A DNA stretch of 60,000 bases. It comes from Camelus ferus. Lineage: Eukaryota. Of the stretch, positions 24,601 to 37,232 are shown piece after piece; within the stretch, counting starts at the first letter, position 1; every line of letters begins with the position of its first letter. Below the pieces are notes generated by a model. It was not told the DNA's origin. It searched no databases and saw only the letters and a program-made list of their open reading frames with translations. Both the position numbers and the translations under genes were made by a program. The DNA lies in the NCBI RefSeq assembly GCF_009834535.1, contig NC_045697.1, positions 76,510,001-76,570,000 on the forward strand, in the 5' to 3' direction.

Positions 24601-27559
24601 CATGTCTTCAGCAATGAGGAGACCTCTTAGGAACTTAGAAGAATGGGGAATGAGAGCACTCATTTAATGAGTAGGAAATTCCATAATAGAGGTAATTTGT
24701 CACCTTGGATTATGAGTCAAGAAACTGCAGATGTACAACTAAAAGTTTGGGGACACCAACTCCAGTCAAGGTGGTCTAGGTGTCATCCCTGGATACTCAT
24801 CCACTTGTACCGTGGCTGATCTGCAGGTGGACAAGGGAAGAAAGGGGCAGGATTGACTGAGCCCATGAAAAAAAAATCCCCAAACCAGTTGGCAAGATTT
24901 CTCCTCTGCTGTCAAGAATATTAGAAGACTATGGCCAGCAGACTTGAATATATCTACCTATTTGGCAAGATGATTTCAATAAAGGAGAAACGTGCTTCAG
25001 ACTCTTATTAGAGGGCCATTTTTAGGGTGACCCAATCACTGTAAAACTATCTCCATCTGACACACTCCTGACCACACCTACTATGTCCAGCTTCTCTCCT
25101 AGCCAAATTTTTACATTTTAAAGTAGTACACTTGAGCACAGCTGTGTCTTTTCCAGGAAGAAAATGAGTTTCTTTACTTTTCCTCCACATCCCAGGGCAC
25201 ACAAGATAATAAATATTTGTTCTCTGTGACTAGTGTCCTGGACACTGTAAAGTTAGGTTAGAATAGCATTTCAAATCTTAATAACAAGACTATTTCAGTT
25301 AACACAGGACTGTTTCAATTAACACAGTACCAACCAGGCACCTAGAACTTGAACCCCCTTGGATTTTCCCTCTGCCTCTCTTGAGGTGTTAAAGCCCACT
25401 TGGGATTTGCTTGCTTTATTTCCCCCACTGGGACTTCAAGCTCCTTGAGGCAGAACCTGGTCTCATACACTTCGCTGCAGGCAGTATAGTACTGTGTCCA
25501 GGGGTTTGAAAATCTGTGTAGAGACTGTTTTATTATTTGCTTATCTTTTCACTTTTGTTATGGAAATAAATATAGACAAAGCACAAGCAGAAGAGGAATA
25601 AATAGGGAAATAAGCCTCTCCTCACCCATTGTTCAGTCTCACCTATTATAAACTCAGGGCTAATTTTGTTTCATCGCTAGCCACCCCACTCCCCTTCTCC
25701 CATCCCAGATTGATTTGAAGTGAATCCCATATAATGAGATATGTATTTGTCTGTAAACAAATAAATCTTTTTGAATAAATAAATGTATTAGAATATAGTT
25801 AATAGGCCAGGACTACAGCATTCATTTGGGATTCCATAGACATCAGCAACCACAAATGAGAAGGAAGTCGTCTTTTTCTTTTTAATTTTCCATTTTTTAT
25901 TTTTGCAAGTTTAGGAAGAATAAATAATAGCAAAGCAGATTTTTCGGGGAACTCGTCTTCTATGAGTCTAGCTCAGAAACCATAAATCTGATCCTATTTA
26001 AATTCTATCACTCTTCTTCTCTTGACATGTTTACTTGCAAAAGTATTACTGCCCAACTGTAACACTTTTGTATCCAGCAACTTGTGTTCTTTGAAGGTTT
26101 TGTGTTGACGGAGACATCCCTGCAGATTTGTCCTCTGAGACAGTCTTGGCGTGACGGTTCCAACAGACTGCAAGTGAAGGGAGCCTGACACTCAGGACCT
26201 CCACGTGGGGCAAGTTTTTCCTTGTTGTTTATGAAGAGCTGATGGCTTATCTTTTGGAAAAGCATGAATCAGCTTGAGTCAGGAGGTCCTCTTAGTTCAC
26301 ATTACAGCCCACTGGGCCACCACTGTGCAGGATCATCCGTCTTAACTTCCTGAGGTGCTGGTGTTTCATCAGTTCAGCAGAGGTTCCCGGGCTGCACTGG
26401 CAATATGGGTCTCTTGAACCTGGCCATGGCCCCTGATCAGATATGGTTTTGGATGCAGTGATTGCCATGCTGTTCCTCTTTCAAGGATTGGGGCGGGGGG
26501 CAAAAGTTGTGCATAGCATCAGTTCCAAAGGGAACAATGACTTTATTAAAAAAAAGAAAAAGAAAGAAAAACAAAAAAAAACAGGTCTGAGTCTAATTCA
26601 CAGACGCAGGGGCTGAAAGGAAGTCTTTCTTCCCGGAGCCCCCCGGCCGTGGGCCGAGAGACAGTAAAGCACAGTGGCAGAGCGTGGGGATGCTCAGGTC
26701 AGACCTCCACCACCTACTGTGTGACTTTGGCAATTGACTTGACTCAGTGCCCAGTGTTCTTATCTGAGATCAGAGGTAATCAGAGTACGTATAGCATAGC
26801 TTGTTAGGGGATTCAATTTATTTATTCAACCAATATGTAAAGAACACCACTAATTGTCAAGTATTCTTCCAGATGCTGGTGACATAACAGTGAACAGCAT
26901 AAAGAGCTCATCCTCACGGAGATTATATTCTGGAGGGGGAATCGGATCCAAACTAACAAATACATAATGTCAGGTAGAGAAGTGTTAGGAAGGAAAACAA
27001 ATCAGAGGAAGGATGGAGATTAAAGGAGTTAGTACAGGTGAAGCTCTCGACAAACACTAGTTATGATTGCTTCCCCTAGTCTGGGTCCAAAGGAGCTTAG
27101 CTAAGGAGGAGCTGATCGTATCTAAAGACTCTACCTGTGTGATTGTATACTTCAGAGGAAGGGAATGGTCATTCATGTCTAAGTATGACTCTGTACTTGG
27201 CCTTGTGCTCAGCACTTTTAAATCCTTCAAACAGTACTGTCAGTTGGGTATTTTAAACCCAGTTGTTAAGAAAACTGAAGAAGATAAGGAACTTTTTTGC
27301 CCACTTCATGCACGTTCAAAGCTCTTGTAGTTTCTTCCACACCATCTTTCTCAAGGATGCTGTTTTTCATGCAACGGTTCAAAGAAACCAAAGAGCTGGA
27401 AACTCTGGGTACTGGTCAGTCCATTTGGTCTGCCATTCCCACCGCCCCTCTTCTGAGGTAAGTGATTACAGGCAGTTCTTTATGCCCGGTTCTCCGTGCT
27501 CTGGGGCCTGTAGCTCAGCTGTCCTGAGCTCAACTGATCTGCAGACACTCCTTGAGCCC

Positions 27560-27860
27560 AAGGCAGCTATCTAGAGACTGACCAGTGGCCTATATCAAGA
27601 CTAACAGAAATGAAATATATTAGGTGGTGGAAAATGATGTAATTGGATATTTTTAACTGGTGGCTGGCAGCAGCAAGGAAGGAAGGCAGCTAAAGTCTTA
27701 ATGTAAGCAGGCAGAGGGGAGGGAAACAGCAGTGGTAACCGAGCAGAGATGGCTTGATGACCCAGACTCGGGAAGTGTTGGCCTGCCCGTCTACCATGGC
27801 ATCCTGAGTGGCTGCACCAGGCCCACTATTGCACTGCTAGAAGGGCTTCCTGTCCTACTT
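27560..27860 (+). mobile_element. Possible highly decayed ERVL gag-like remnant
   Basis: Weak resemblance to ERVL gag C-terminal region; no intact frame. Confidence 0.3.
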
Positions 27861-28133
27861 TCCCTTGTACTTTAAGATAACTCTCTATGAACTGAAGCTG
27901 AAAGAACCAAGTGTCACTAGAGGAAGCTGGTCTACACGCAGCTGTCAATATTTTCTCTATAAATTTAGAAGCAAGTGGCGGGGGGTGCAGGAAAGACAAA
28001 GTCCTGAGCAGAGAACATGTCATTCTTTCCAACTGCCTTGTTCTAGATCAGGACAAACTCGGGGGAACCTGGTTCAATGAGGAACTCCTGGGGAATCTGA
28101 AAAAATCTTCAATGCCGAGATGTGATAGCTTTT

Positions 28134-29146
28134 TTCTTTGGTTGGTTTTTGGTTTTTTTTAGCTGAAGTATAGCTGATTTACAAAGTTGTGTTCATTTCT
28201 GGTGTACAACATAGTGATTCAGTTATGCATATATATGCATATTCTTTTTCAGATTCTTTTCTATTACAGGTTACTGCAAGATACTGAATATAGTTCTCTG
28301 TGCTATACAGCAGGCCCTTGTTGCTTATCTGTTTTTTTTTTACATTGAAGTATAGTTGATTTACAAAGTTGTGTCAATTTCAGGTGTACAGCAAAATGAC
28401 TCAGTTTTATATATGTGTATAAATCTATTCTTTTTCAGATTCTTTTCTATTTCAGGTTATTACAAGATATTGAATATAGTTCCCTGTGCTATACAGCAGG
28501 CCCTTGTTGGTTATCTATTTTATATATGTTAATCCCAAACTTTTTTTTTTTTGACAAAAGGGAATTTATAACTTTATTTGACTAGGTAATAGTTTTTACA
28601 ATTGGCGTTAGATACTGGGACCTAACCATCTTTTGGCAATCGGTGTAATCATTGCCATCAAGCAAGCTAGGAAAATGTTTATATTCTTCCTTATGTAGTT
28701 GCCCTCTTCCTCCTCTTTTTCTTCTTTTTTTTTCTGATACTGACAAGTGAAGGTTGTGCTAGACTTAATTTTTTTCTCTAGCTGTTCTTTGGTAGCTCCC
28801 TTAGACCTGATCACAGCTTTTCAAGGCCTTTATGAAAGTTTAAATGGTTTGCCCTTTTACACTTTCTCAGGGAAATGTCATATATTGTAATATTTTGAGA
28901 GTGATTGTCTGTATGTAGGTAACACTGTGTTGATCTTAAACAAATAGATTACCAGTTATTTCTCCAGCAAAGGTAGGTTTATTTAGGGTCATCAGAGAAT
29001 TACAGTTGGAATCTGTAACCTTAATTTATCCCTCCCCCGCCTTTCCCCTTTGATAACCATAAGTTTGTTTTCTGTGTCTGAGTCTGTTTCTGCTTTGTAA
29101 ATAAGTTCATTTGTATCATGGCTTTTTTTTTCTTATTTTAGAATCT
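28134..29146 (-). mobile_element. Composite L1 3' end insertion (duplicated tail plus nested polyadenylated insert) bounded by TSD
   Basis: TSD gagatgtgatag(c/g)tttt at 28117-28133 and 29147-29163; L1 3' sequence at 28160-28540 and 29019-29120. Confidence 0.85.
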
Positions 29147-30639
29147 GAGATGTGATAGGTTTTAACACCCCAACAAAGACCTGGGTTTGGAGTTTGAGTC
29201 GCAGCCCTGGAAAGCCAAGCTGAAGCCTCTTAAAAGGCAGCACTATGGTGACTCAAGGACTGCTGTGGATGTGGGAGGTGGTCAGTTGGACCTCTTGGCG
29301 CTGGTTCTCCTGGCTATACAGGCTCTTTGCAGCTAGAATGTCGAGTGGGAGGGGAATAGATCAGAACAATGTTGCCTATTTTGGGTCTGGAGAGCCCTAA
29401 GATTGGCTTGGAAAATGCAGAAAGTAGGTTGCAAGAACTGATTCATTCACTTGATATGTGTTCAAATTAGATCGTGTTGAGAGACGGGTTGACCTATGTC
29501 ACCAGGCACACTTGGGGAGGGCGGTGCCCTCTCCAGATCCTGGCTTCCTCAGCAATGGGGAGGATCAAGTTTGGGCAAAGCTAGTCTTTAAAGTCACAGC
29601 TCTAACAGTTTGAGTCCAAGGTGGACAACCTACCAAGTAGGCCCCTCAGATTACTTGATCCTGTGGTACTTGATTCAGTCTGAGGATCGCCACAGAGGGG
29701 GAATTCCTGGGGATGGATCAAATGACATGAATATGAAACATACACAATTTTGTAAAAAAAAAAAATCATTTTTAAATGGAGCACTGTTCAGGCTCAAGAC
29801 ATGCAGAGGTGACTCTCGTTTTGTGTCATATTAGTGGAGGGATGACCGTGTTTGGGGAGGTCTCCTGCAGTGATTCTGACGATAACGCACCTTCCCTTTT
29901 CAGCAAGCACCTTCTCACCCTTCAAAGCTCATTTTTCCCTGCAGACTCCCTTGCTCTCTGCTCAGTGTTCCCATAACCCTTTGTCCATTACTGGGCTTGT
30001 AACGTTGAGCTGAATTCATCTATAAGTCACTATCTCCTTCTCGACTTTGATCTCCTCAAAGGCAAGGACTGGGCCTTATTTATTTATTTTTGCATCCATT
30101 ACACTGTGCTTGGGACTTCGTAGCTCTATAAACGTTTGTTGAATGATGAATGATATCTTACTTAAATGTTTATGCTCGGGCTGACACTGAGAGTCAAACT
30201 CTAAAAGTAGAACAATCATAATACAGCCAGTTTCTTAAGAGTTTAATTAAATTGGAAGAGAAATTATTCACCAGTTGGATTTGGAAACAAAACTAAGAGA
30301 CAAAAGCCAAGATTAAGACCTGATAACCTAGTAGGATATTGAAAAAGGACAAAATCTTATTTGCCTCCGATGATTAGTTGACAGCGATAAGCTTGACAAA
30401 CTCCTTCTGGTGGAGAGCCAGTCCTCTCTGAGCATCCCGAGCTTCTGCAAGGAAGACGGCTGTCAGCCCGGGCTGCTGTGGGGCTGGGATGAGGGTCAGC
30501 CTGCCGGGGGCTTCCTCAGCCCCACCAGCGTACCGGCACATAGGTGGTCTAATCCTCATCAAAGAGGTGCTTTGATGCCAATATTGCAATTTTATTTTCC
30601 AAACAACTTATCAATGATGGCAAGCTGATTTATCTATTT

Positions 30640-32050
30640 GTTTCATTCATAATTTATTCAGCAAATATTTATATAGAATGCTTATTATTTTCCAGACATT
30701 GTTCAAGGCACAGAATAAAGCAGTAAACAAATAGAGGAAAAAAAAGCAGACAAGAAAAATATAAGCTCATGGAGCTTTCATTCTAGTGTGTAGGACAGAT
30801 AATAAACATATGGGTAGATATAAGAAATGCTAAGGAAGAATGAAACAGAAAAGGGGACTATTAATTGGGGAGGGGGTGCTTATGATTTCTGATAGGACGG
30901 TCACTGATGGCCTTACTGAGAAGGCAACTCCTGAGGGAGGAAGAAGGAAGCGAGGGAGCCAGCCTTGAGGCAATTTGGGGGGAGAGTAGGAAGACTAAGT
31001 ACAAAGGTCCTGAGGTCACAGTGGGCCCAGAGAGTTCCAGGGCTCAGTAAGGAGGCCCAAGTGGCTGGAGTTGAGTGATCAAGGGGGAAAGTAGCAGGAG
31101 AGACGAGATGATGAAGACAACATAAAATTACATTACATTGGGCAGCAAGCACTTTGCTTTTACTTCAAGTAGAATAGGAGGCCCTTGGAGTGTTTTGAGC
31201 AGAAGAATGACTCAACGACAAGTTTTAACAGGATCAGTTCGGCTGCTGTGATAAGAAAATCTGGCAAAGAGTAGTTGAAGGGAGCGCAGTTGGGAGGGGA
31301 GTTGCAATAATACAGGTGAGGGATGATAGTAGCTTAGACAAAGCTGGGGCGGTGAGGGTGGGGCTAGAAGTGATATTATGTCGAAGGCAGAAACAAAGGG
31401 GGTCTGAGAATGAGCAGCTAGAACAGAGGGAAGAAAACTAGGCCAAGGGGAATTCCTGGAAGCTGAGAGAAGAAAGTATTTCAAGGAGGAGAGAGTGATG
31501 CACTGGGTCGAGTGCCTTCACTAGGTTAAGTGAGATGAGGACTGAGAAAGACCAGTAGTTTTAGCAACGAGAAGGTCCCTGTGACCTGGAGAAGAGCAGC
31601 GTCAGCAGCGTGCTGGGGCACTGGCGATGGAATAGGAGCAGGGAGACCGGACTCGCAGGCATGTGCAATATCTTTAAAGACTTTTACCAAAACAGGGTGG
31701 AGAGAAATGAGCATTAGCTAAAAGGACAAGTCGGGTTTAAAGTGTTATTTTAAGATGGGCAAATTGGCAATATACTTAGGTGCTGATGAGAATAATTCAA
31801 AAGGAAGAGAAAGATGGATGATACAAATGTTGGAGAGGAGTTGATGGTGCAGAGTCCTAGAGTAGGTGAGAGAGGATGCCCTTAGCCAGGAGCGCAGGTG
31901 GTTCATCCATCTTAGGAAGCCGGGAGAAGGCAGAAAGTGTAGTGAAGGGGGGCACTGGAAGTTCTCTTCTGATTTCTCCAATTTCCTCAGCAAATCAGGA
32001 AGCAAGATTGTCCACAGGACGAGGATGGAGGCAGAGTTGGGGATTTCTGG
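30640..32050 (-). mobile_element. L2 LINE, long fragment
   Basis: ttcattcataatttattcagcaaatattta terminus followed by a purine-rich L2 body. Confidence 0.75.
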
Positions 32051-34754
32051 GGAGAGGAGACAACATGAAACAGCCCTTCACTGGCAAAAGGAGGAACTCT
32101 CTACATGTTCGGAAGTTTGTGAAATGGAACAATCAATGGAGAGATTTAAGCATAGGTAGGATTAACAGTTATCAGTGTCATCCTGAGGGAATTCAAGCAT
32201 CCGATTGAGATGGTAGTGATGGTTAAATGTTCCTTTCTCAACTCTTTAATATTTATTCTTTCAGAAACTTTGTCTGGAAGAATTGTTTTTTTAGTATTAT
32301 ACATAAAACCACTGGTGTGGTATTGAAACATAAGTATTTATACACTTATATAGACACATATACGCACTTATACATATACACTCTAATTTACACAAGACCT
32401 TCAGAATTCCATCTCATCAAAACAATAAAATGTTTAACAAAACTCAAAAAAAAAAAAAAAAGAAAAAGTGAATTTACTACAATCTGAAAAGTTAAAATTA
32501 AGAATTCTCATCTAATAGCCTGAGGGAAATGTCTGCTATTTTACAAGCATTGGAAGTCTTCAATAACCTTGCAATAATAATTTTCATACACTCTCAGCAC
32601 TCAAAGAACTGCTGGGAAATTGCCTCATTAACCTTTATAATACCCTTGTGGGGTCGGCAGGAATTTGATGAGATTTCCATTCTTTATGGTGGGCAAATGG
32701 AGACAGGGAGATTTGAAGAAAATTGTAGACATAGCTCAAATATAAGTAAATCTTACGTTGAGTCCTGTGAGAGTCATCGGTTTAGGGGCATAAGAATGAA
32801 TTAAAGTCTATTAATCACCTTAAGATGAACCCGTCGTTTTTAACTTGGATCATAGATTTCAAGAATGGAGGGTCACGTTAGAAGAAATGATGAGAGTGAA
32901 GGGAAAAGCAAAGAAAATGGATCGAGCACTTCCTATTTGGGTCTTTTATACTGTCTCCAGTCATAGGTGTTGCAGAAGCAAAGACTCATTAGAGACAGCA
33001 AGAAGTAAGAGAATAAAATGAATGCTCTGAACAAAACCAGGAATTCTGGAGTTGCTAAAATGAGAGGGAGGCATGAGAATGAGGTGAAACAGAAGAATGT
33101 TGCATGAGATATATAACAGAAGGAAAAGGAAAAAGCTCTGAAAATCTCAAGTCTGGGAAAGCTCAGCTGACTCTAGCTCACATGATCTTGAACTGAAGTG
33201 TCGAGGGTTGGGGAGGATGGGGGGAGGTGAAAAGAATTGATAATCTCCTAAAATAGCATTCCTAGTTTGACACCCCAATGAACTTCTGTTAGTAATAAGC
33301 AGCTGCTAACATTCATTGAGAATTTACCACTTTCTAGGCCCTCTCCTTAGCACTTTACATGTATGAATTTAATTCTCATCACATATCTAGGAGGTGAGTA
33401 CTACCATTATACTCATTTTGCTGATTAGCAAATTAAGGCTCAGAGATAAGTAACCTGCCCAAAGTCGGTCATTACATGGACCAGCCTAATAATCCCTTTC
33501 AGGAGTTTGTTATCTACCTGCTATGATGAGCGGCTGCATATTAGGTCCAAAATAAATACCTATTGAATGAATGAATGAATGAACCAGTAAATAAATGATC
33601 TGGCAGGGTTCAGTGCCAGGCTGAGACCCAGGCAATACTCAAAGTACCTAAGGTTCTAACTGAGGAATCTGCCCTCTTTTTGATCATTTTTTTCTTTCCT
33701 ATCTTCCTCTGAGTCTCCCCTTCCAACAGGACTTCAAATCCCCATTGCTTTAATCCTTTCCCCAACTCCCTGGGTGTTTCTTTCACCCACTGTTTAAGTT
33801 GTACAATCCATCAATACTCTGAATCCCCTTTCTAGTCTCTCCTTAGCTAAAAATCAAGATTGTTGATATTTTAATCCTTAATTCCTGTAGTCAAAATATG
33901 TTTACTAGAAGCGATTTTCACTTGGTAGGAATAAATGTGGAGATCCTGGAAACATGTCTTCAACTAGGTCTTTCCTGGGGATCCTCCTTTAATGGTATTA
34001 AAACCACGGGCTCCTATCCTTATACTCTCGGGATGAGGAAAGCTTTTAATGCATGTCTTCTGTATAGAAAACCTGGAAGATAAGTGTGGAAACTTGGACC
34101 TTCCATAGGTAGGGAACTTGTCAAAATGACAGCCAGTATCCATAACACACAGCTCTTTGTTATCTTTTCTTTGCACATCTTGAAAATAATAATTGCAGTG
34201 ATTTGTTGATTGCCTACTATGGCCCAGTCATTCTGCCAAGCACTTCATATTTTTTTGATCATATAATGTTCGTGACGACCCTGAGGGATAAGAAAACAGG
34301 CTCAAGGAATTACCCTGACTCACACAATAAATAAGTGGGGAAGCCAGGATCCCAGCTTATTCCGCCTAACTCCAAAACTGGGGCTTTTTGGTACTTCCGG
34401 CCTGGACCCCATTTACTGTCTACTGGTGATAAAGATGGAAGCAGGCCTGGCCCCAGGCTCCCCACCGCCTCCCTGAGGGGACCTTCATAGTGAATGCTCT
34501 TCAGAAAGCAGTGAAAGCTTCACTCATCTGTTGCAGTAATTACAACATTTATTTTCTGGAAACTCTTCTAAGTCAAGTCCCAGAGGCCCCAGGGAGGGAC
34601 ACACTCCTGCTGCGGATGTCAGGCAGGGAGCGTTCGCTCTGGCCCCATGGCTACTCCTGTTCTCTGAAGTGACCCTGAGGAAACCACAGGAATGCTTCCC
34701 TTCTCAGGTCGCACCACCCTGGGTGCTGGCGAGGAGAAGAAAATAGACATTCCA

Positions 34755-34874
34755 GGGGTCGGGGTAGCTTAGCACGCATGAGATCCTGGGTTCAATTCCC
34801 AGTACCTCCATTAACAAAAAATAAGAATTAAAAAAAAAAAAATTAAAAAATAAAAGTAAAATTAAAAACAAAGA
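34755..34874 (+). mobile_element. Camelid SINE with internal A-box deletion
   Basis: gtagct/ttagcacgcatgagatcctgggttcaattcccagtacctcc plus A-rich tail; degenerate TSD aaatagacattcc / aagtaggcattcc. Confidence 0.85.
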
Positions 34875-37069
34875 AAGTAGGCATTCCCACACATTCCAGA
34901 GTCTTCTAAACTAGAATTTTAATCCTTTTTTTGAGAGATTTCTTCTGTTTGTCCTTTCCCTTTTCTCCTCCACCAGACAGGAACTTAATAAAGGTGTGTT
35001 GGTCTCAAAATGCTCTTGAGTTGTGACCTCATTTCATAGGATGAGTTTCAAATCTCCCTCAGGGTAAGCCCTGTAAGGACAGGGACCTTGTGTTTCTTGG
35101 TCTTGCTGTATTCCTGTGCCTACCTCTGTGTCTGGTATACAGTAGAAACTCAATAAATGTTGGCTGAATGAATGAATAGGTCAAACTCCACTAAACTGAG
35201 GAAAAATAGCCAACTACCTTAACATGCTGGCCCTAGGGTATTTAGGAATTTTGCAAATACAGATTTCCAGAGTTTGCAGAAACAGAATCTGTGTAGCAGG
35301 AGCGTGGGGAATTTGTATTTTTAATAAAAACACCAGACGCTTCTTAAACTAGGTACATTTTGGAAACATGGCCCTGGGGTTTTGAATAATGTGCTTCAAT
35401 ATGAGTCTCAAAGAGTACTTTTAACGCTGATTTACTGAGCAACTACTACAGAATTTCTGAGTCAGTGCTAAGCATTTGTCTTTTCCTTGCTATGTAACCT
35501 GGTTTACATTCCCAGGCTGTCTTTAGGTTAATTAAGTCTTTCACTTATTTATTCATTCAACAAACACATATTGAAAGTCCATCACAGGTGAGTTGTGTCC
35601 AAATATGTTTGGTTGAAAGAAGAAATGTTCACTGAAGTTATGTCTCTGGGTCACTGTTCAGCTATTTTCACTGGCTTTGACAGGAAATTTATGGTGATGG
35701 TAGAGAATTGGGGAGGCCGGGGAGGCAGGAAGAGATGTGGCTTGGCCCTTTGTCAGTATTATGACATAGTTCTGCCCTTGGCAGTGAACAGACTCTGAGG
35801 GACTGTTCGGATTCCTTTATTGGCCACAAATGTGGTTAGATAAAATATTATGTACTGCTGGGGCTTGGTAATTACTACTTTTTCAATACAGAGATTTGGG
35901 GGGCAATGGTATATAACTTACAGTGATTTTCTCCTGCTTGTACAGAAAGAGTCACTTAATCTACAAATCTCCTTTGTTCTTGCCACGTTGCCTATGGTCT
36001 TTTCTTTAGAGATGGAATCCTTCTTGCTGGACGGTACTATTTATTAAGCCGAGGTGAAATGCCAGCTGGAGTTGCAGGCTTGACCCTCTGCAATTTTATG
36101 TGTGTTAACGGATGTTTTTATTCATGGGTGTCAAAACCAAGTTAAATAGAGTAAGTGTGTGAGCAAGAAAGCACCTTTGTGCTCTGGAGACCTGTCTTTG
36201 GGACTGGAAGCCCCTGTTGTGCTATCTGGGCCACCATGGTGGCTCTGCGGAAGGATACAGTCTTGCCGTCTACTTCCCACCGTGGACTTTGCCCTCTGCC
36301 TCTAAACCCCCATCTTCAGGGTTTCTCTTCGTAGCTCTGTGACATCAAATAGGAAGAAAGGCTAACAAACAAGCCCCAAAGACATAGGAAGGGTATCCCT
36401 CAATATTTTTGACCCTTCTCTCACAGTCATCTTAATTATTACTCACTCAATTAATAATTATTTCTCAACTATTATTACTCAGTTATTACTATAGTTCCAA
36501 GTCTGTCCTTCCTTCTTCCCTCCCAACCTCTCTCTCCCCGTCTCTCTAGTAAATTTTTCTTCAGCATCTATGTTGGGAGCGCTGTGCTAGGGGAAACAGT
36601 ATAGTTGGGACACTTCTCAAAAGTGGTCTGTGAACCACGTTCATCAGACTAACCTGGGGAGCTTGGGAGAAAGACTTGAGCCATCTAAACCTGTTTAATT
36701 CCATCGCTGTGTGATAGGGCCAGGGAAGGCGTTGTTAGCAGCGCCCCTGTTGGCCCTGATGCACACGAAAGTCAGGACGACTGGTGTTCAGGAAAGACAC
36801 AAACGCTGCAGCTTAGGGGTTGTTTGTCCTTAGTGGAGTTACTTCACCTGACTTGTTAGCTTCCTCACCTAGAAAAACTCCAGGGTCACGGTGAGGAACA
36901 GAGATAACAAATGTAAAGTACAGTTCCTGGCACACAGCGGGTGCTGAATAGATGGTCGTTCCTTACAAGGTGCTTTGGAGAATAAAAAGATCGGTCTACA
37001 TAATTCTCATCACCTTGGTCTTTTCCTAAAGCCTGCCCAGTTTCCTACCGACAATGTTTCTCCTCTACG

Positions 37070-37232
37070 TCCGTGGTTCTCAGCCTTGGCCGCTCATTAG
37101 AACCATCTGGGATGCTGGGACATTTTAAAAACCATGATGCCAGGGCCGTAAACCAATTCCATCAGCATCTCTTGGGGGTAGGACCAGGGCGTCATGATTT
37201 TTAAAATTCCCCAGGTGATTCCATTGTGCACC
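37070..37232. mobile_element. MER5A-like hAT element
   Basis: gtggttctcagccttggccgctcattagaaccatctggg..ttttaaaattccccaggtgattcc. Confidence 0.7.

Noticed and set aside
25900..26460. Coding-looking unique sequence with short minus-strand ORFs
   Set aside because: No family recognised and no convincing splice structure; tBLASTx would be needed.
36736..36755. CTCF-like ggccaacaggggcgctgc on the - strand
   Set aside because: One G short of consensus spacing, and it lies within a MER5-like repeat.
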